64,000 nt of DNA from Mytilus trossulus (taxonomy: Eukaryota). Location of the stretch: contig NC_086384.1 in NCBI RefSeq assembly GCF_036588685.1, positions 8,680,001 through 8,744,000 on the forward strand. Reading direction: 5' to 3'. Positions 1-14,800 of this stretch are shown here, piece after piece (within the stretch, counting starts at the first letter, position 1; the number at the start of each line of letters is the position of its first letter). The position numbers were made by a program, and so were the translations under genes. The notes under the pieces were generated by a model, which ran no database searches, was not told the origin of the DNA, and saw only the letters and a program-made list of their open reading frames with translations.

Positions 1-1180
1 AAATCATTAGAGAAACAGATTCCACAATCAATTCTCGTGTAATATGATATTTATATATCTTTATATGATATTTATCCATTCTCGACAATTAGATTTAAAA
101 TATTAAAAACATGCGACAAGCCTCACATTTTAAATTTGAAAATTAAATTGTCTCGAGTTGATAAAAATCGTATCACACTCGATGCAGTGGTAGAATCTTT
201 ATACAGGATATATATTTGTATACATTTCTAACAACGGTCTATCGTTACAGTCAAATACATTTCATTCCAATCTTTGTTCTTGTGATTATTTATCTTGTAT
301 TTAAAACAAGTGATAAATATCCAAAGCAGGTAACTGAATTAGAAAAAAAGATTTATGAAGAACTTGGAAAATAAAAATCCTGTTGCTCGTTACGCTCTTC
401 ACATCATTGTTTATCGTCCTGAACATTCATGAAAAATTTGCCACTAAACGTTAAGCAACCAACTATCAATCAACTTGTAATCCTTCGGTAACTGCTAATC
501 AATGGCTTAGAAATACATGTATTAACTTTATGAGCTCCTGATCAACGCATATCAAGGAAAACGCTCTGGACGCATTAAATTTAGAATGTGTTATTTTTAA
601 TTTCTATTACCAATTCTGGTTTTGTCTGGTTTTTGAGATTGAGAGTCGCTTTTGAAACAGTGAAGAACTAACTTGAGAGTATAAAGCCCCATTGACAAAT
701 TAAAACATTCCAAGTTTAAGTTTATTTGTCTGTTTTTAAATTAGGTGCTGATAAAACACTCGTGTACATCTTCATAGATGTCACTCATTTGCTGACCTCT
801 AAAGTGTCTTTTCTAAGTGTATATTTTAGAATGTTATCATATTGCGTCGTCTTTAAGATATCATAGGGTAATACGAAACCAAACGTAGCAATTCAATATT
901 TTTTCATTTAATGTGATGTATTATCATAAAGTAAGCAGTACATTTAACATATATTTTATCTATACCTTATCAAAACACGTATGCACGTATTGCTTTGTAT
1001 TTTTCTCTTTAAAAGACAATACATATTGTAAGATACTTTTTTGCCATATTTAACCGTTTATAATCAATGAATTGATAACATGTGTTTTCTTCTTAATTAT
1101 CTTAGTGTAACAAGGTGACAACCATTTGTTATTAACATGATTTATTCTTTTAACATTTATAAAGTCACTTGTAGTATCCT

Positions 1181-1828
1181 AAAATTGAGAATGGAAATGG
1201 GGAATGTGTCAAAGAGATAATAACCCAACCATATAGTAGACAAAAGCAGAAGGTCACTCACAGGTCTCCAATGCAGCGAGAAATTCCCGCACCGGAGGCG
1301 TCCTTCAGCTGGCCCCTAAACAAATATATTGATAATGAACGCCATACTAAACTCCAAACTGTACACAAGAAACTAAAAGTTAAAATAGTATAAGACTAAC
1401 AAAGACCAGAGGGTCCAGACTTGGGACAGGGGCGAAAATGCGGCGGGGTTAAACATGTTTGTGATATCTCAACCCTCCCCCTATACCTCTAGCCAGTGCA
1501 GAAAAGTAAACGCATAACAATACGCACATTAAATTCAGTTCAACAGAAGTCCGAGTCTGATGGCAGAAGATGTAATAAAAGAAAACAAACAAAATGACAA
1601 TAATACATAAATAACTTCAGACTACTAGCAGTTAACTGACATGCCAGCTCCAGACTTCCATTAAACTGATTGAAGAATTATGTCTTCATCATAAGAATAT
1701 TAGGCACAATCCGTCCCGTAAGGGGTGTAGTATCATACCATCATAACATATATGAGAAGAACATAACCCGTGTCATGCCAACAACTGGTTTTTAAATAAA
1801 TGTGTTTAGTTCCGATGCATAGACCCTA
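1181..1828 (+). repeat. Dispersed repeat family A (AAAATTGAGAATGGAAATGGGGAATGTGTC...)
   Basis: Near-identical copies at 7596-8130, 11858-11980, 27035-27284 (reverse) and ~62680 (decayed). Confidence 0.9.
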
Positions 1829-2557
1829 TGCGCATTCTTTGCAACCATGTATCATAAAGTTCTCTCACAACATACTTTTGCCAAATCTAGCATAACCACG
1901 AAGAATCATCCTAAAGCTGTTTTCAAGTGTTTAATTATTGTATTCAAACTGTCATTAATGACAACAACAACTGCTCCTGCATCGTATGAAATTGCAACAT
2001 GTTATTTTGTATTTTTGATACAATATATGTATATAAGTATATTTTCTTTTTTGTTTTACATCTTAGACTTTAAGTTTCTGAGATTTTAATGTATATATTA
2101 TGTGGTTGGGTCTTGTTATATCAAAAGTATAGTTTCGGGATCTGTTAAAAATACAATATATGGTGAACTTGGCAAAATAGATAAACATAACGGGGACATT
2201 AAAACAAATGCATCTATCTATTATTCTAGAGCTCGTGACCTGCTGAGGCCCAATGGACTTCTATGATCAAGATATATCAATTAGATTGAATGTAATGAAT
2301 AAGTACAACGCTATGTGAGTTTAACTGTTTTTAATTAATGAATACAACAATTGGCTTGTGTGGAATGTGCTTCTAGTTTTTTACGTCTGATTTGCGGTTA
2401 ATTGAGCTGTAACGAAATTCCTATTACGTGGGAGTTTGTCTGGTTAAAACCAGTTAAACTCATTACTTTCATGTACCATGTAAGTAGTTGCATTGGCGGC
2501 AAATTCTAAAATGTTACACATGAAGATAATTCCCTTAAATTAATTTTTATATAAATA

Positions 2558-2738
2558 AGGCCGTTAGTTTTCTCGTTTGAATTGTTTTACATTGTCATAT
2601 CGGGACCTTGTATAGCCGACTATGCGGTATGGGCTTTGTTGAAGGCCGTTCGGTGACCTATAGTTGGTAATGTATGTGTAATTTTGGTCTCTTATGGACA
2701 GTTGTCTCATTGGCAATCATACCACATCTTCTTTTTTA
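2558..2738 (+). repeat. Dispersed repeat family B (...GTTGTCTCATTGGCAATCATACCACATCTTC)
   Basis: Related pieces at ~16520, 40670-40727, 49805, 53871, 54190-54270 and 63530. Confidence 0.75.
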
Positions 2739-3347
2739 TGAACATTTTTCTATTTTTGAATTTGCCATAAAGTCAGACTTTGAAATACTTTGTTATGGAT
2801 ATTGTAAGGGCTATTCAATGTACAAATTAACAAAAATACACACTATTAAAATACATATAATTGAGATTTCTATTTTCATTTCATTTCCTGTCCAATTGAA
2901 CTATATTTTTGATATTCATGTATAACTTCGTCCATTAGCTAAAACTTAAACACTTCCGTCTTTCATGTTCTCATTAATCAAAGAACATATGACATATACG
3001 CTAAAGAAAAGATAAAAACCACAAACAAAACAATATCGAGTAGAATATGTAACACCATATAAAATCAAAAAGACAAAAGACAAACAAAAGTACATAGACC
3101 AATGCACAGAAAACTTATTCAAACTATGTCATAAAATACATGTGCCAACTTTCTTCTGGCACACTTCTTGGTTGAGTGAAGCCGAAATATTTAAACAGTT
3201 ATTCATTTTCCTCTGAAAAAATATAGCAAAAACATAGATACACGAACTGAAAAACGGAACTTAGTTAAATATACTGTTTTATATTATGATAACTCCTGCT
3301 AGAAAATCATTGCTGTATTTTTTTCTTTTTACATATTTTCATTGCAG

Positions 3348-3433
3348 GTCAAATAATGAAGATCATATTTCCATACGTATTGTTTGAATCTTTCTTGACT
3401 TGTATTTAAGAAATATATCATTGACAGCTCAGG
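3348..3433 (+). other. Possible non-coding 5' UTR exon of the protease gene
   Basis: Long polypyrimidine tract + ttgcag acceptor and AGG|gtaggc donor; contains only a short uORF. Confidence 0.25.
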
Positions 3434-4107
3434 GTAGGCGATTTTTTATACTTTCTTTTATGTTTGCATCGTACAAAAAATAAAGAAGTGTCAGTATCAA
3501 CGTAGATTGAACATGTTCATGCATATATTTGTTATTTTTTGTGATAGATTTATGAAATTATTGATTGAATAAATTATAGTTTAGATAGACTTAAATGATT
3601 TCTTGGGACACATTTATTCTAGAGAGTGTTCAACAGTGAGATTATCAAAAATACACCGTTTAATTTTTTTTTCTTTAACTGTGTATTGGACATCTTACAA
3701 CAAAAGCAAAGGTATGATTTAAATCTGTAGAAGAGAGAATGCTTGTATTGTAACAATACTTTTGATATGGTAAAACTTATAAATTAAATGTCTACAAATC
3801 TTAGAATTTTTCTAAACAGTACGAATTTTCCACTTCAGGAAAATAATACTTTAAATGCATTTGACAAATTATTTCGGAACTTTATGTTTGTAATGCACCT
3901 CAAATCGATTCGTTTTTTGATTATTTTGTTATTAACATTTTTTCTGATTTGATCGTCACTGGTGCGTCTTCAGTAGACAAAAAAAAACAGTTTTTCGTCT
4001 AAAAAACCCGTCATCTTTAATACTTTTCAAATTTTTGAAAGTATATATTTGCTTGATAAAGGAATTTGGTAATAAAAATATATGCTAAGCGGTGGTCAAG
4101 ATACTTC

Positions 4108-7100
4108 AAGTCCAGTCGATTTGTGCAGATTTTGGACAAAATTGCTCAGATTGTGGTAAAAGCATGAAATTTGGAATAGTGGTAGTATATGTCATGGACA
4201 ACATTTTAAGCTATGGATAAGTTGTTAAAATCTGAATCATTGTCTCTAATGTTTAAAAGTAATCAACATAGTCAAAACGCGACCACGAAGAAGATCATAA
4301 AATGAACTATTACTCTAAAAGCAATATTCGTGCCACCGCTTGTTATCAACATAGAATAACAGGAGAATTTTATTTTACAAGTATTATAGATAAAGCAAAA
4401 ACAGATTTGTATACCTGTCATTTATAATAGTTGGCTGATTACAGGATCATTCGTTTTGTTGATATTGTTCATTTGAAACAACTTTCAAAAACCTTGATTG
4501 CAGACATAATGAATTTCATGTCATACAAGTAATTAATGTTATAGGTACATCAACTGCTCAAATGTTCTCAATTTGACGTAACCAATATAATAAGTACAAC
4601 TTAATACTGCCATTACACATTTGCATTTCCTTAGAAACCGTGTTCACTTTGGCTTAAGTTGAGCGCTTGATGCAGGAAGTTATTATATAGTCAGATGGTA
4701 TATTCATCACAGATGACAAAGACTGTCATCTGAGGACTTCATATGTATTGATTTTTGGTAGCCATTTTTAATGATGACCATTTTGAAAACATGAAATTCC
4801 AATATAAAATTATTCGCTAATCTTATTAATTCACTGTTTGCATTCACACTTTTTTTACTAATTTTTATCGGATATTTATGAAATGGTCAGATAAGGCTTG
4901 CACATGTTTACAAAATAAAGATATCAATGTAAGAATTTCTGACTGTTACTTAAACGTTTGCCTAAGTAACTTTATAAAACAGAAATTACGTATATATGAT
5001 ATAATTTATGACCGAAAGTTGTTGTTGGAAAAGATCAAAACTGAAGATTTCTAAAACACTGGAGCTAGATATCAGTAGAACATAATGGGCGTTTAGACTG
5101 GAAGGAATGTATAAAACGTCAAGAGAGGACATGTGAGAGTTTGCATGCAATGCCAAGCAAATACAAACAGAACGGACATAGTCATTTGAGCTGGCAATCA
5201 CTCTTTTTGATGCAGGCATACGACGATGTTGGGTCTTGAATTGGTTTTCCTTTCGCTCAATATGAAACAGTTGAATGAGGGTTATGGAACTGCAAAAGCA
5301 CTCCAGACGGCACAAATCCTGTCAAACAAATGTTCAGACCTCAAAATATTTCATCAGTAAAAGAGAAAACATACTTCTGATGTTGAGGATAGATTGCTAG
5401 TTGAAAAAAACCAATAAGTAACTTGACACTGTAAAGCGATACTGAATCAACACAAAGAATCACTGCAATGTATTTTTTTCTGTGGTTATGTATCTGAAGA
5501 TCTCCATGATACATCGAAATTCAAAAATCGACAAAAATGGGACATGACTGTGCACTTGTACTACAAGACATATTTCCTTAGCCAAAATAAGAGCTGGAGA
5601 TGTCAAATCACTAGTATCCTGCTTGATGATTGATAAAACTTGACAACATAGCAAATAGGCAGAATAAAAGACACAGAAAGAAACCCAAGAATATTTTATC
5701 CTTGGAGTTGTGCTTTCCAAAATAATAAAATAGATTGACGGCACACGGCAGATATATTGTACCAATCTCAAGCTTGCAGATCACGCTACATTGTACAATA
5801 AACGCCTGGAACAACTTGTAGTTATCATGGAAGGAAGAACTGATATAACGCATCTAACAAAATAGGAATGTAGCTAAGGATATCTGCAAGCATACAAGCA
5901 AGATAAATTAGTTCTCTTGATTTTCAACAAAGGTATACTTGAAGCTCTGAAACAGACCTCATAATTAAAGGGTATCACCGTAGCCCTAGCAGGCAAAATA
6001 TATATTCTTGATACTTAGAAAAGCTTTACAGGGACACTCAATAACTGCTGTTAAGACGAATCAGTTCACCAGACATAAGTTTCCTTATAATGAATGATAC
6101 AGGATGGCCAAACATTGAGACACAATCCAGTAATATCGATGAGTGGAACACAACACTCACCATTTCTCAGCTATAATAGTTCAATTGTGTAACTCGTCGT
6201 CGAAAGGATACAACTGCAACTTATCAGTCCTCCGATAGAGAGTAAGATGTCTCAAAGATTATGGAACGGATTCATTTTGAAAGCCTACAATGAATGTCCC
6301 TGTAAACATTTCTATAGTAGGAAGCCTAACTCTTCAAACTTTTCTAATTACTTTGACTATGAAGAGGCCTTCCCAATCTCGACTAAAACATTTTGTAAAA
6401 GACATGACATGTTTCAGAACTTTCCCAACATATTTATTGAAAATCCAGAGAGAGACGGAACTTTTTATGTGTGCTTGCATATCATCCATGGCAACTCATA
6501 TTTATTAAGAACGTTTGCTGTACCATTTTTCCATATCATCAATTTCAAATATTAAAACAATATCTGTTCAAGACTGTGAGCCGTTATTGTTTTCAATAAT
6601 TTTGGCAAGCCCAATTTCAATGGATAACAGATTCTTGACTTTCTTTCTGTGTGTCTCTTATTCTGTCTAATTGCCTTGTTGAGCAGTTTTAACATTTAGC
6701 ATGAGATCGGCTCCTGAAACATTAATCTTCAGCACTGAGTCTGGCTAAAAGAACAATGGTTAGTAGTTCAAGTGACAGTCACATGGCTTTATTGTCAATC
6801 ACAATTGTTGGTGCTTTATGATGATAGTCAGATACCTCATCACAAAGAAAGAAAGAAATCACTGCAATCATTGTTCTTGTTGATTCATCACAACTGTGGT
6901 TGGTTATTCTTCTGGTATTTTCAATCCGTGACTCATTTTGTTTTTCCTGACTAAATATATTAAGATTTGCTTTGATATGATTAGTACCTTTTGCCTTGTG
7001 ATTCTCCCATTACAGGGCCTTTATAAACGTGGAACAGGTTTATGCTTACAAAAAATAACTGATTATCAGCTCAAATGTCTATGTCTGCTCTTTTTGTATT

Positions 7101-8357
7101 TGCTTGGTATTGTAAATCATCACTAGTCCTCAGTTCCCGTTACGGAATTCTTTCCAATCTATTTATTTATTAGATTTTTTTCAGCTCCAGCGATTTTGAT
7201 ACCTACGTATTTTTCCTTTTCAACATACAGTGCTCAAATTATACGTACGCATTTTTTGTTATGGTAAAAAAATAACTAAGCCCTACATGCTAAACTGCAA
7301 TTAAAAGAATTTACGGATTTCTTTAAATACCTTTATTTGTTAACGTATGCATATCTTATTTGAGCATTTGGTGAATATATCTTATATGAAAAGCAACATT
7401 CATAAATAAATGATTAGCAAAACTAGTTGTAAATGCGAATAAAATTAAACTTACTATTAATTCAAAAAAAAATTTAGAATAGCGAATAATAATATATTGA
7501 AAATTTACGTTTCCAAAATGGCCACCATTCAAGATGACCACTAAATACTTCAATGGTCCTCAGTTTATATTCTTTGTCATAAAAAATATAAAATAAAATT
7601 GAGAATGGAAATGGGGAATGTGTCAAAGAGACAACAACCCGACCAAAATAAAAAAACAACAGCAGAAGGTTACCAACAAGTCTTCAATGTAGCGAGAAAT
7701 TCCCGCACCCGGAGGCGTCCTTCAGCTGGCCCCTAAAAAAATATATACTAGTTCAGTGATAATGAACGCCATACTAATTTCCAAATTGTACACAAGAAAC
7801 TAATATAAAAATAATACAAGACTAACAAAGGCCAGAGGCTCCTGACTTGGGACAGGCGCAAAAATGCGGCGGGGTTAAACATGTTTGTGAGATCTCAACC
7901 CTCCCCCTATACCTCTAACTAATGTAGAAAAATAAACGCATAACAATACGCACATTAAAATTCAGTTCAAGAGAAGTCCGAGTCTGATGTCAGAAGATGT
8001 AACCAAAGAAAATAAACAAAATGACAATAATACATAAATAACAACAGACTACTAGCAGTTAACTGACATGCCAGCTCCATCCTTCAATTAAACTGACTGA
8101 AAGATTATGATTTCATCATATGAACCTCAGTTGAAAGTTTATCAAAATTAGTTAAGTAACATATTTTTCATATTTTTTCTAATAATTTTTATTAACTTTT
8201 TGGACATGATTTCAAAATGGCCGCCCAGAGCCGCCATTTTGATTTTCTGAATTGGGTCCATAGCTATAAATGTTAGTTATGACCTCAACTAACACTCTTG
8301 CAAAGTTTGATGCTTTTACCACAATCTGAGCAATTGTTTCACATTTCAACTGGACTA
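4108..8357 (-). mobile_element. Decayed TIR DNA transposon, Academ-like
   Basis: Inverted termini (aagtccagt / actggacta; aattgctcagattgtggtaaaagcat at ~4140 vs atgcttttaccacaatctgagcaatt at ~8310); - strand remnants KCKCV..LSCT (Cys-rich) near 4600 and RRTDK..TIE near 6200. Confidence 0.5.
7596..8130 (+). repeat. Family A copy nested in the Academ-like fossil
   Basis: Aligns with 1181-1700. Confidence 0.9.
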
Positions 8358-8766
8358 AAAATGAAACATGACAAAAAACATTGGTAACAAAATATTTACT
8401 AAATATGTTTTCAAATAATTGAATGGATATCATTTTAATCATGCAATAATGATTTTTGGAATTAATGGTATTCAATTCTGAATGACTAGTTTTATATATT
8501 TTATATTTTTCTACATGCTTTGCATTATGTATTTATGGTTCAATTGAATTTATGAAACTACTTTTAACAACTATATTGTCTATCTTAAAATATAAAGACA
8601 AGTATTATTCCTGTCAATAAAATTATTTATACTTTTTTATTGTAGCTCAACTTTCAAAATTAGGACAGACATATTAATCACGTTGAACAATTCTTTAAAG
8701 GCAACTTAAAAAAGTTTAATTCTACAGTTTTATGGTTCATCATTTCTATTAAGTGCAACAAACACC

Positions 8767-8865
8767 ATGGCAAAAAGATACCAGATAACATTGTTTATGT
8801 TGACAATAGTGATGACAATCCGTTGTTGTTCGATGTCCATATCTGCAGAGGACTTACTCGATTAT
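8767..8865 (+). CDS. Exon 1: signal peptide MAKRYQITLFMLTIVMTIRCCSMSISAEDLLDY
   Basis: ACCATGG Kozak context, basic n-region plus hydrophobic h-region, donor TAT|gtaagt (phase 0); upstream acceptor ctacag at 8727 implies a 5' UTR intron. Confidence 0.7.
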
Positions 8866-11800
8866 GTAAGTTGATACATGTTTATTTTATCGTAACGTTA
8901 ATTGATTTAACTTCTTTTAAAACCAACAATAAAAAAAAAAGATCAGCACAACCACAAATGTAAACAAAATAAAAACAAAAAAAACCCAACAACACCCGAA
9001 TGGTTTTTTAGATTAACTGATTATTTACCATGTTCTCCTGACCACATATTTGATTTTATGTATAAATGAAAAGTTGAGTATGTACTGTATACTTACAAAT
9101 TTGGACACTGTTAAATGTATATTTTCACTAGATCAAAAAATTATATAAACTGTACAATACAGTAAGTAATTTTATCATATACTTGTATAAAATATTACTA
9201 AAATTTTACAATTCAATAACATTTGAAAATATCAAAAGGCTATGAAAGGATTACTAGGTTTATTGACCAGATTCTTAAGAATTTCCATTGCGGGCTGATA
9301 AAGGTACCTTTATTGACTGCTTCCGGAATGTTATCACATGCCTTTTCGTTAATTTCCGTGACGTTTATCACATGCAACTTCGTGCGTTTACGGAAATTTG
9401 ATTGAAAACGACAACAGAACGCGGAAAACGTCAATTTATAAGACTTTTCCCAAAAAAGTTAAGAAGCAAAACTGAATTAAGTTAAACTTGTTTTGGAAGA
9501 CATAAATGAGGTGACAATGTTATTCAAGAACATGAACAAAACAACTAAAATGTTTCTTATATCAATAAAACAATTAAAGTAAAGAATTTGTTTTGGTTGT
9601 CTGTAAATATTTTCTGAAAGTAAAAAGACAAACAAAATTCAATTTTAATAGTTCTTGTCTGTATATCTTCTGCTGAAGAATATGATAAAACGATAATAAC
9701 ATGTAATTTTTCATATTAGACCCTTTATCGGCCCTCGTTCATGATATCAGCCCTCGAGCCTGCGGCTCTTGGGTTGATATCACAACCTTGGGCCGATAAA
9801 GGGTTTGATATGAAAAATGCCATGTAATAATCTATACATATCAACTAATCAAAATGACTTGAAACATTTAATACCAAAACAAATAAAGCATACATACTTA
9901 AGAATGTTATAATGTAATACAGTTGTTGAAGTTATAGCAAGATTTTACCGACCAATTAAAGTATATTGGCCTCGGAAGCAAGCACTACAACACTTCATGG
10001 TTTATCGACCCGATTAAGTATATTGGGTGATGACGAGGTTAAAGTTGTTTTTATTATAATATCTTAATATTCAAGAAAAAAAGGCTCTGAACAATGATCA
10101 TTCACATTACTTACAATCTTTTTAATTCTAAATTACTGTTTTGTCTAAAATGGACTTATCTCCCTTTAAAACCTTTTGTTCTACATTTTTATTTTTCATT
10201 TAAAATAATCGTGTTATAATGAAACGCATAACGGTTTTACTAATACAAAACAATTCATATGATATTGTGCTCTTCTGTGGGTGGAATTGTCAGTTGAATT
10301 GAGTTGTCATTCCATCATTTTGGTATGAAATTCATATTTAATAACTCATTGCTTTAATATCGTATTTAATTATATGCATTTTGTTATTGTAAACTTTATT
10401 TCAAAACTGAATCGAAAAGTTTTTGATAATACAATCCCGTGTTGTGAGTTGACAAGTCTAACTTCTGAAGACAAAGAGTTTTTTCATCTGTTTACACTAA
10501 GATTAATAGAAAGATAAATTGATTTAACAATTATCTGATACATTTATAATTGTGGTTTTAACCACATCCTTGCATCTATCTTGTGTTAGACACTCATCAT
10601 AAGCATATGTTTTCACTTGCATTTGATATAGTCATGCAACTGATAACCGTGACCTTTTGATATTATAATATTAATTTAGTAAAAGTAATTTGAAATAGTA
10701 TCTCCTTTAGAAATTACAAATAAGCTTTGATATTTATCTTTAATAGAGAGAAGACATTCGAAAAAAATAAGGTCTTAGGTTATCAGTTGCAGGGAGATTA
10801 CTCTAAATTCCTCTTAAAATTGTTGTATTACAGAAAAGAGTAATATTACAGATTTATGTTGTATTACATTAAAATGTTATATTAAAGTTTTCAGTAATTG
10901 CCTAGACTGTATATGTTGTGTGTAAATTAGTTTCTTGGTAGGTATATTTAGACATGATGCTTTAATAGGATTGAATCGACAGGAAGACAGTCTGTCGTGA
11001 CAGGGAGTTGTCTTCGTTTTCCAATCAATTCTGAATTTTTAAAACAATGTAAAATGGACAATTTTATATATAACTATTTGTAAAGCAAATATTCTAGCAT
11101 ACAATGTTTAAAGTTTCTTTTTTGATTATCAGAATAAAGGGGACAAAGAGGATATGTACCGACCTATTGCTGTAGTTATAGGAAAGATGAGCCACAGTTA
11201 CGAAAACTTTAAGAAGATGAGTGAAATGCGTGTATGTTTAATCACTTGTATCATTATTAAGAGAATAGTTCATATACATTAATGGTAACCCTTGTCTTGT
11301 TATATCTATATTTAATATTATATTTACATTTGTTATAAGAAGGCGTTTTTGAACCTGGTTAGTAAAAACGGGGGATCGACTAATCAAAACACAAACAAGA
11401 CAGATTAATCGAGAGGTCACTGTAAAATGAAACAAGTGTCCTTAAAACGAAACAGGTGTCCGAAAAACCAACAAAAAAGTTTTTTCACAAGCTTACAGTA
11501 AATGGGCTTTGTCACAGATTTTTATACATCTTTGGGTCGTTAACTGTATCTAAAAATCGCAAAAAAACTGTACGTTGTTGATACAAAAAAAAATGATGTA
11601 AATTATTTATAAGCTCACCGTTTTTACAGGATACATTAAGTAAAGTGGTATACTTGATTAAAAAACAAACACGTCGAAATAATCGCAACATTATCTCGCT
11701 GTAGAACCTTAAACGTAAATTTTAACGTTTTAAACTGCAGACAAGGTAATGGAATTGTTATATCACAAACAATGTCGTCGGTGATCATATCATTATTTTA

Positions 11801-14800
11801 TATCATTAAAACGGAAATTTATGTATCACCAACAAATATTTTTTTCTTCAAGAAAATAAAATTGAGAATGGAAATGGGGAATGTGTCAAAGAGACAACAA
11901 CCCTACCAAATAAAAAAAACAACAGCAGAAGGTCACCAACAGGTCTTCAATGTAGCGAGAAATTTCCGCACCCGGAGGCGTAAAAACCTGTGGGGTTAAT
12001 TTATGAACGGTTTTCGTCGATTTCATGTGCTTTTTATACAAATATTCACCTATTTAGAAAAAATTCAATCAGTAATATTTCTGAAGATAAACGAGATAAA
12101 TGTACTATGTTTACGATTTTCAGATATAATTCAACAAGCACAACTGATATGTAAAATTTTACCAACCTATTTGACATAGCCTATTTATACGGGGCGCCGA
12201 ATGGAACTCTTGTGGTTTTGTACTCAACATTCAATTTTGTACGGACAAAAGTGACTTTTGTTCAACAAAAATTAGTTCAGTTTAACAAAATTTGTATCAT
12301 ACTACAAATTTAAATTTTGTCATACAAAATTATCTATCAGCGGACAAAAGTCACTTTTGTCATGACAAAATTCATTTTTGTTACACAGACTTGACTTTTG
12401 TTACCTAATTTGAAAATTGGGCGACAAAAGTCAATTTTGTATTGAAATTAGTTTAGTTTGGTTTCTGTGAACTCCTTTGCATACAAAATCGACTTTTGTT
12501 ACACAAAATTGACTTTTGTTACACAAAATTGACTTTTGTTACATAAAATTGACTTTTGTTACACAAAATTGACTTTTGTTACACAAAATTGACTTTTGTT
12601 ACACAAAATTGACAAAATTGACAAAATTGACTTTTGACTCAACAAAATTGACAAAATTGACAAAATTGACTTTTGTGAGACAAAATTGACCAATGTGAGA
12701 CAAAATTGACTTTAGTCTCAACAAAATTGACAAAATTGACTTTTGGCTCAACAAAATTGACAAAATTGACTTTTGTCTCAACAAAATTGACAAAATTGAA
12801 TTTTGTCTCAACAAAATTGATTTTTGTCTCACGAAAGTCAATTTTGTCTCACCAAAGTCAATTTTGTCGTCACAAAAATGAATTTTGTGGTCACAAAATT
12901 GACTTTTGTCTCAACAAAATTGACAAAATTGACTTTTGTCTCAACAAAATTGACAAAATTGACTTTTTTCTCAACAAAATTAACAAAATTGACTTTTGTC
13001 TCAACAAAATTGACAAAATTGATTTTTGTCTCAACAAAATTGACTAAATTGATTTTTGTCTCAACAAAATTGACAAAATTGACTTTTGTCTCGACAAAAT
13101 TAACAAAATTGATTTTTGTCTCAACAAAATTGACAAAATTGACTTTTGTCTCAACAAAATTAACAAAATTGACTTTTGTCTCAACAAAATTGACAAAATT
13201 GACTTTTGTCTCACAAAAGTCAATTTTGTCTCACAAAAGTCAATTTTGTCTCATAAAAGTTAATTTTGTCTCACAAAAGTTAATTTTGTCTCACAAAAGT
13301 CAATTTTGTCTGACAAAACTGAATCTTACCTCACACAATTGACTTTTGTGATTTAATTTCCAAATCAGGTAACAAAAGTCAATTTTGTATGCAAATATGT
13401 TTATATTTGCATACCTTTTAGACAAAATTGACTTTTGTCATGACAAATATGAATTTTGTCTAAAAAAATTAATTTTGCCATGACAAAAATGAATTTTGTC
13501 TACACAAATAAATTTTGTCATCACAAAATTGAAGTTCTCACAAAACAAGTCTGCAGCACATAGTTTTGTAAGACAAAAATGATTTTGTTATGACAGAATT
13601 GAATTTTGTACAAAACCACAAGAGTCCCATTCGGCGCCCCGTAATTTACTGTTCTATGACATAAATTTATCTATTTTAATCTATTTTATTATTTATACAC
13701 AATATACAATTGAGTACATATGGTATTATTACAATTGAGGCAATAGAAAGCGAGAAACTGAATGACGTAGATAAAGGCAATGAAAACTCACCATACGGCC
13801 TTTACCAATGAGCTAAGCCAAATTACAGTAATGTTGGTGTTAAAAAAGTAAACAATTCAAACGAGACTTTCGAATATTTAGTTTATTTTAAATTTAAAAC
13901 AAATATGAACTATCGAAGGCAAAAGAAAAGTACCCGTTTCTTGCTCTGGACGGAAACAAAGGATATTATGATGAGTTTAAACATGTTTTTTGAGTGCTCA
14001 ACCCTTTCCTTAACCATGGACAGCACAATATAAACAAGTTAATTCAGTTGTAATCTGATCTGCACGAAAATAACACGTAACACAATACCTTATGGACTCT
14101 CCAACATAAGTTTTGCATGATAATTTCGCCCCTGATAAATAAAGAAACTATTAAAAAAAATCTGGTGTCAACTACCTCAAGCAAAGTTTACTTGGATAAA
14201 ATGGTGTTTTTGTTAGTAAGATACAAATACATACTATTGTCTCGAAGTTTTACATTGCTTTCCTAATATTTATATAGTGATGATTTGTAAAATAATGAAC
14301 AAAATATTTAATAATTCACATAATTTTCTGATTGAAGGAAGAGAAATTAGAGGAAATGAAATCAGGGTTTACGGAGCAAACAATTGAGGAGGAAGAAATT
14401 GAGTTAGAGGATGTAGAGTATCGAGAGAAAATAGCAGAAAAGAGAGGACAAGATCCGGATAAAATATGGAAATCAGAGAAACTTAAAAAGTTCATAGTAG
14501 GTGTTAAACAAGCATTAAAACTGAACTAACGGCCTTATTTATGTAAAAAAATGAACGAAAAACAAATATGTAACACATAAACAAACGACAACCACTGAAT
14601 TTACAGGCTCCTGACTTGGGACAGACACACACATAAATAATGTGGCGGGGTTAAACATGTTAGCGGGATCCCAACCCTCCCCTAACCTGGGACAGTGGTA
14701 TAACAGTACAACTTAAGAACGAACTATACAAATTAGTTGAAAAAGGCCTAACTCATCAGATGGAAATAATATAGTTCTTTTTATGGGCGTATAAAACTTA

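Noticed and set aside
8728-8865. Alternative open frame (LWFIISIKCNKHH...) for exon 1
   Set aside because: Ends in phase 1, which is incompatible with the phase-0 downstream exons; the ATG frame has a Kozak context and a signal peptide. Not fully excluded without cDNA.
12599-13342. ORFs of 80-172 aa with (TKLTFVS)n / (IDFCLNK)n repeats
   Set aside because: Translations of the stop-free satellite inside the foldback element; open in several frames.
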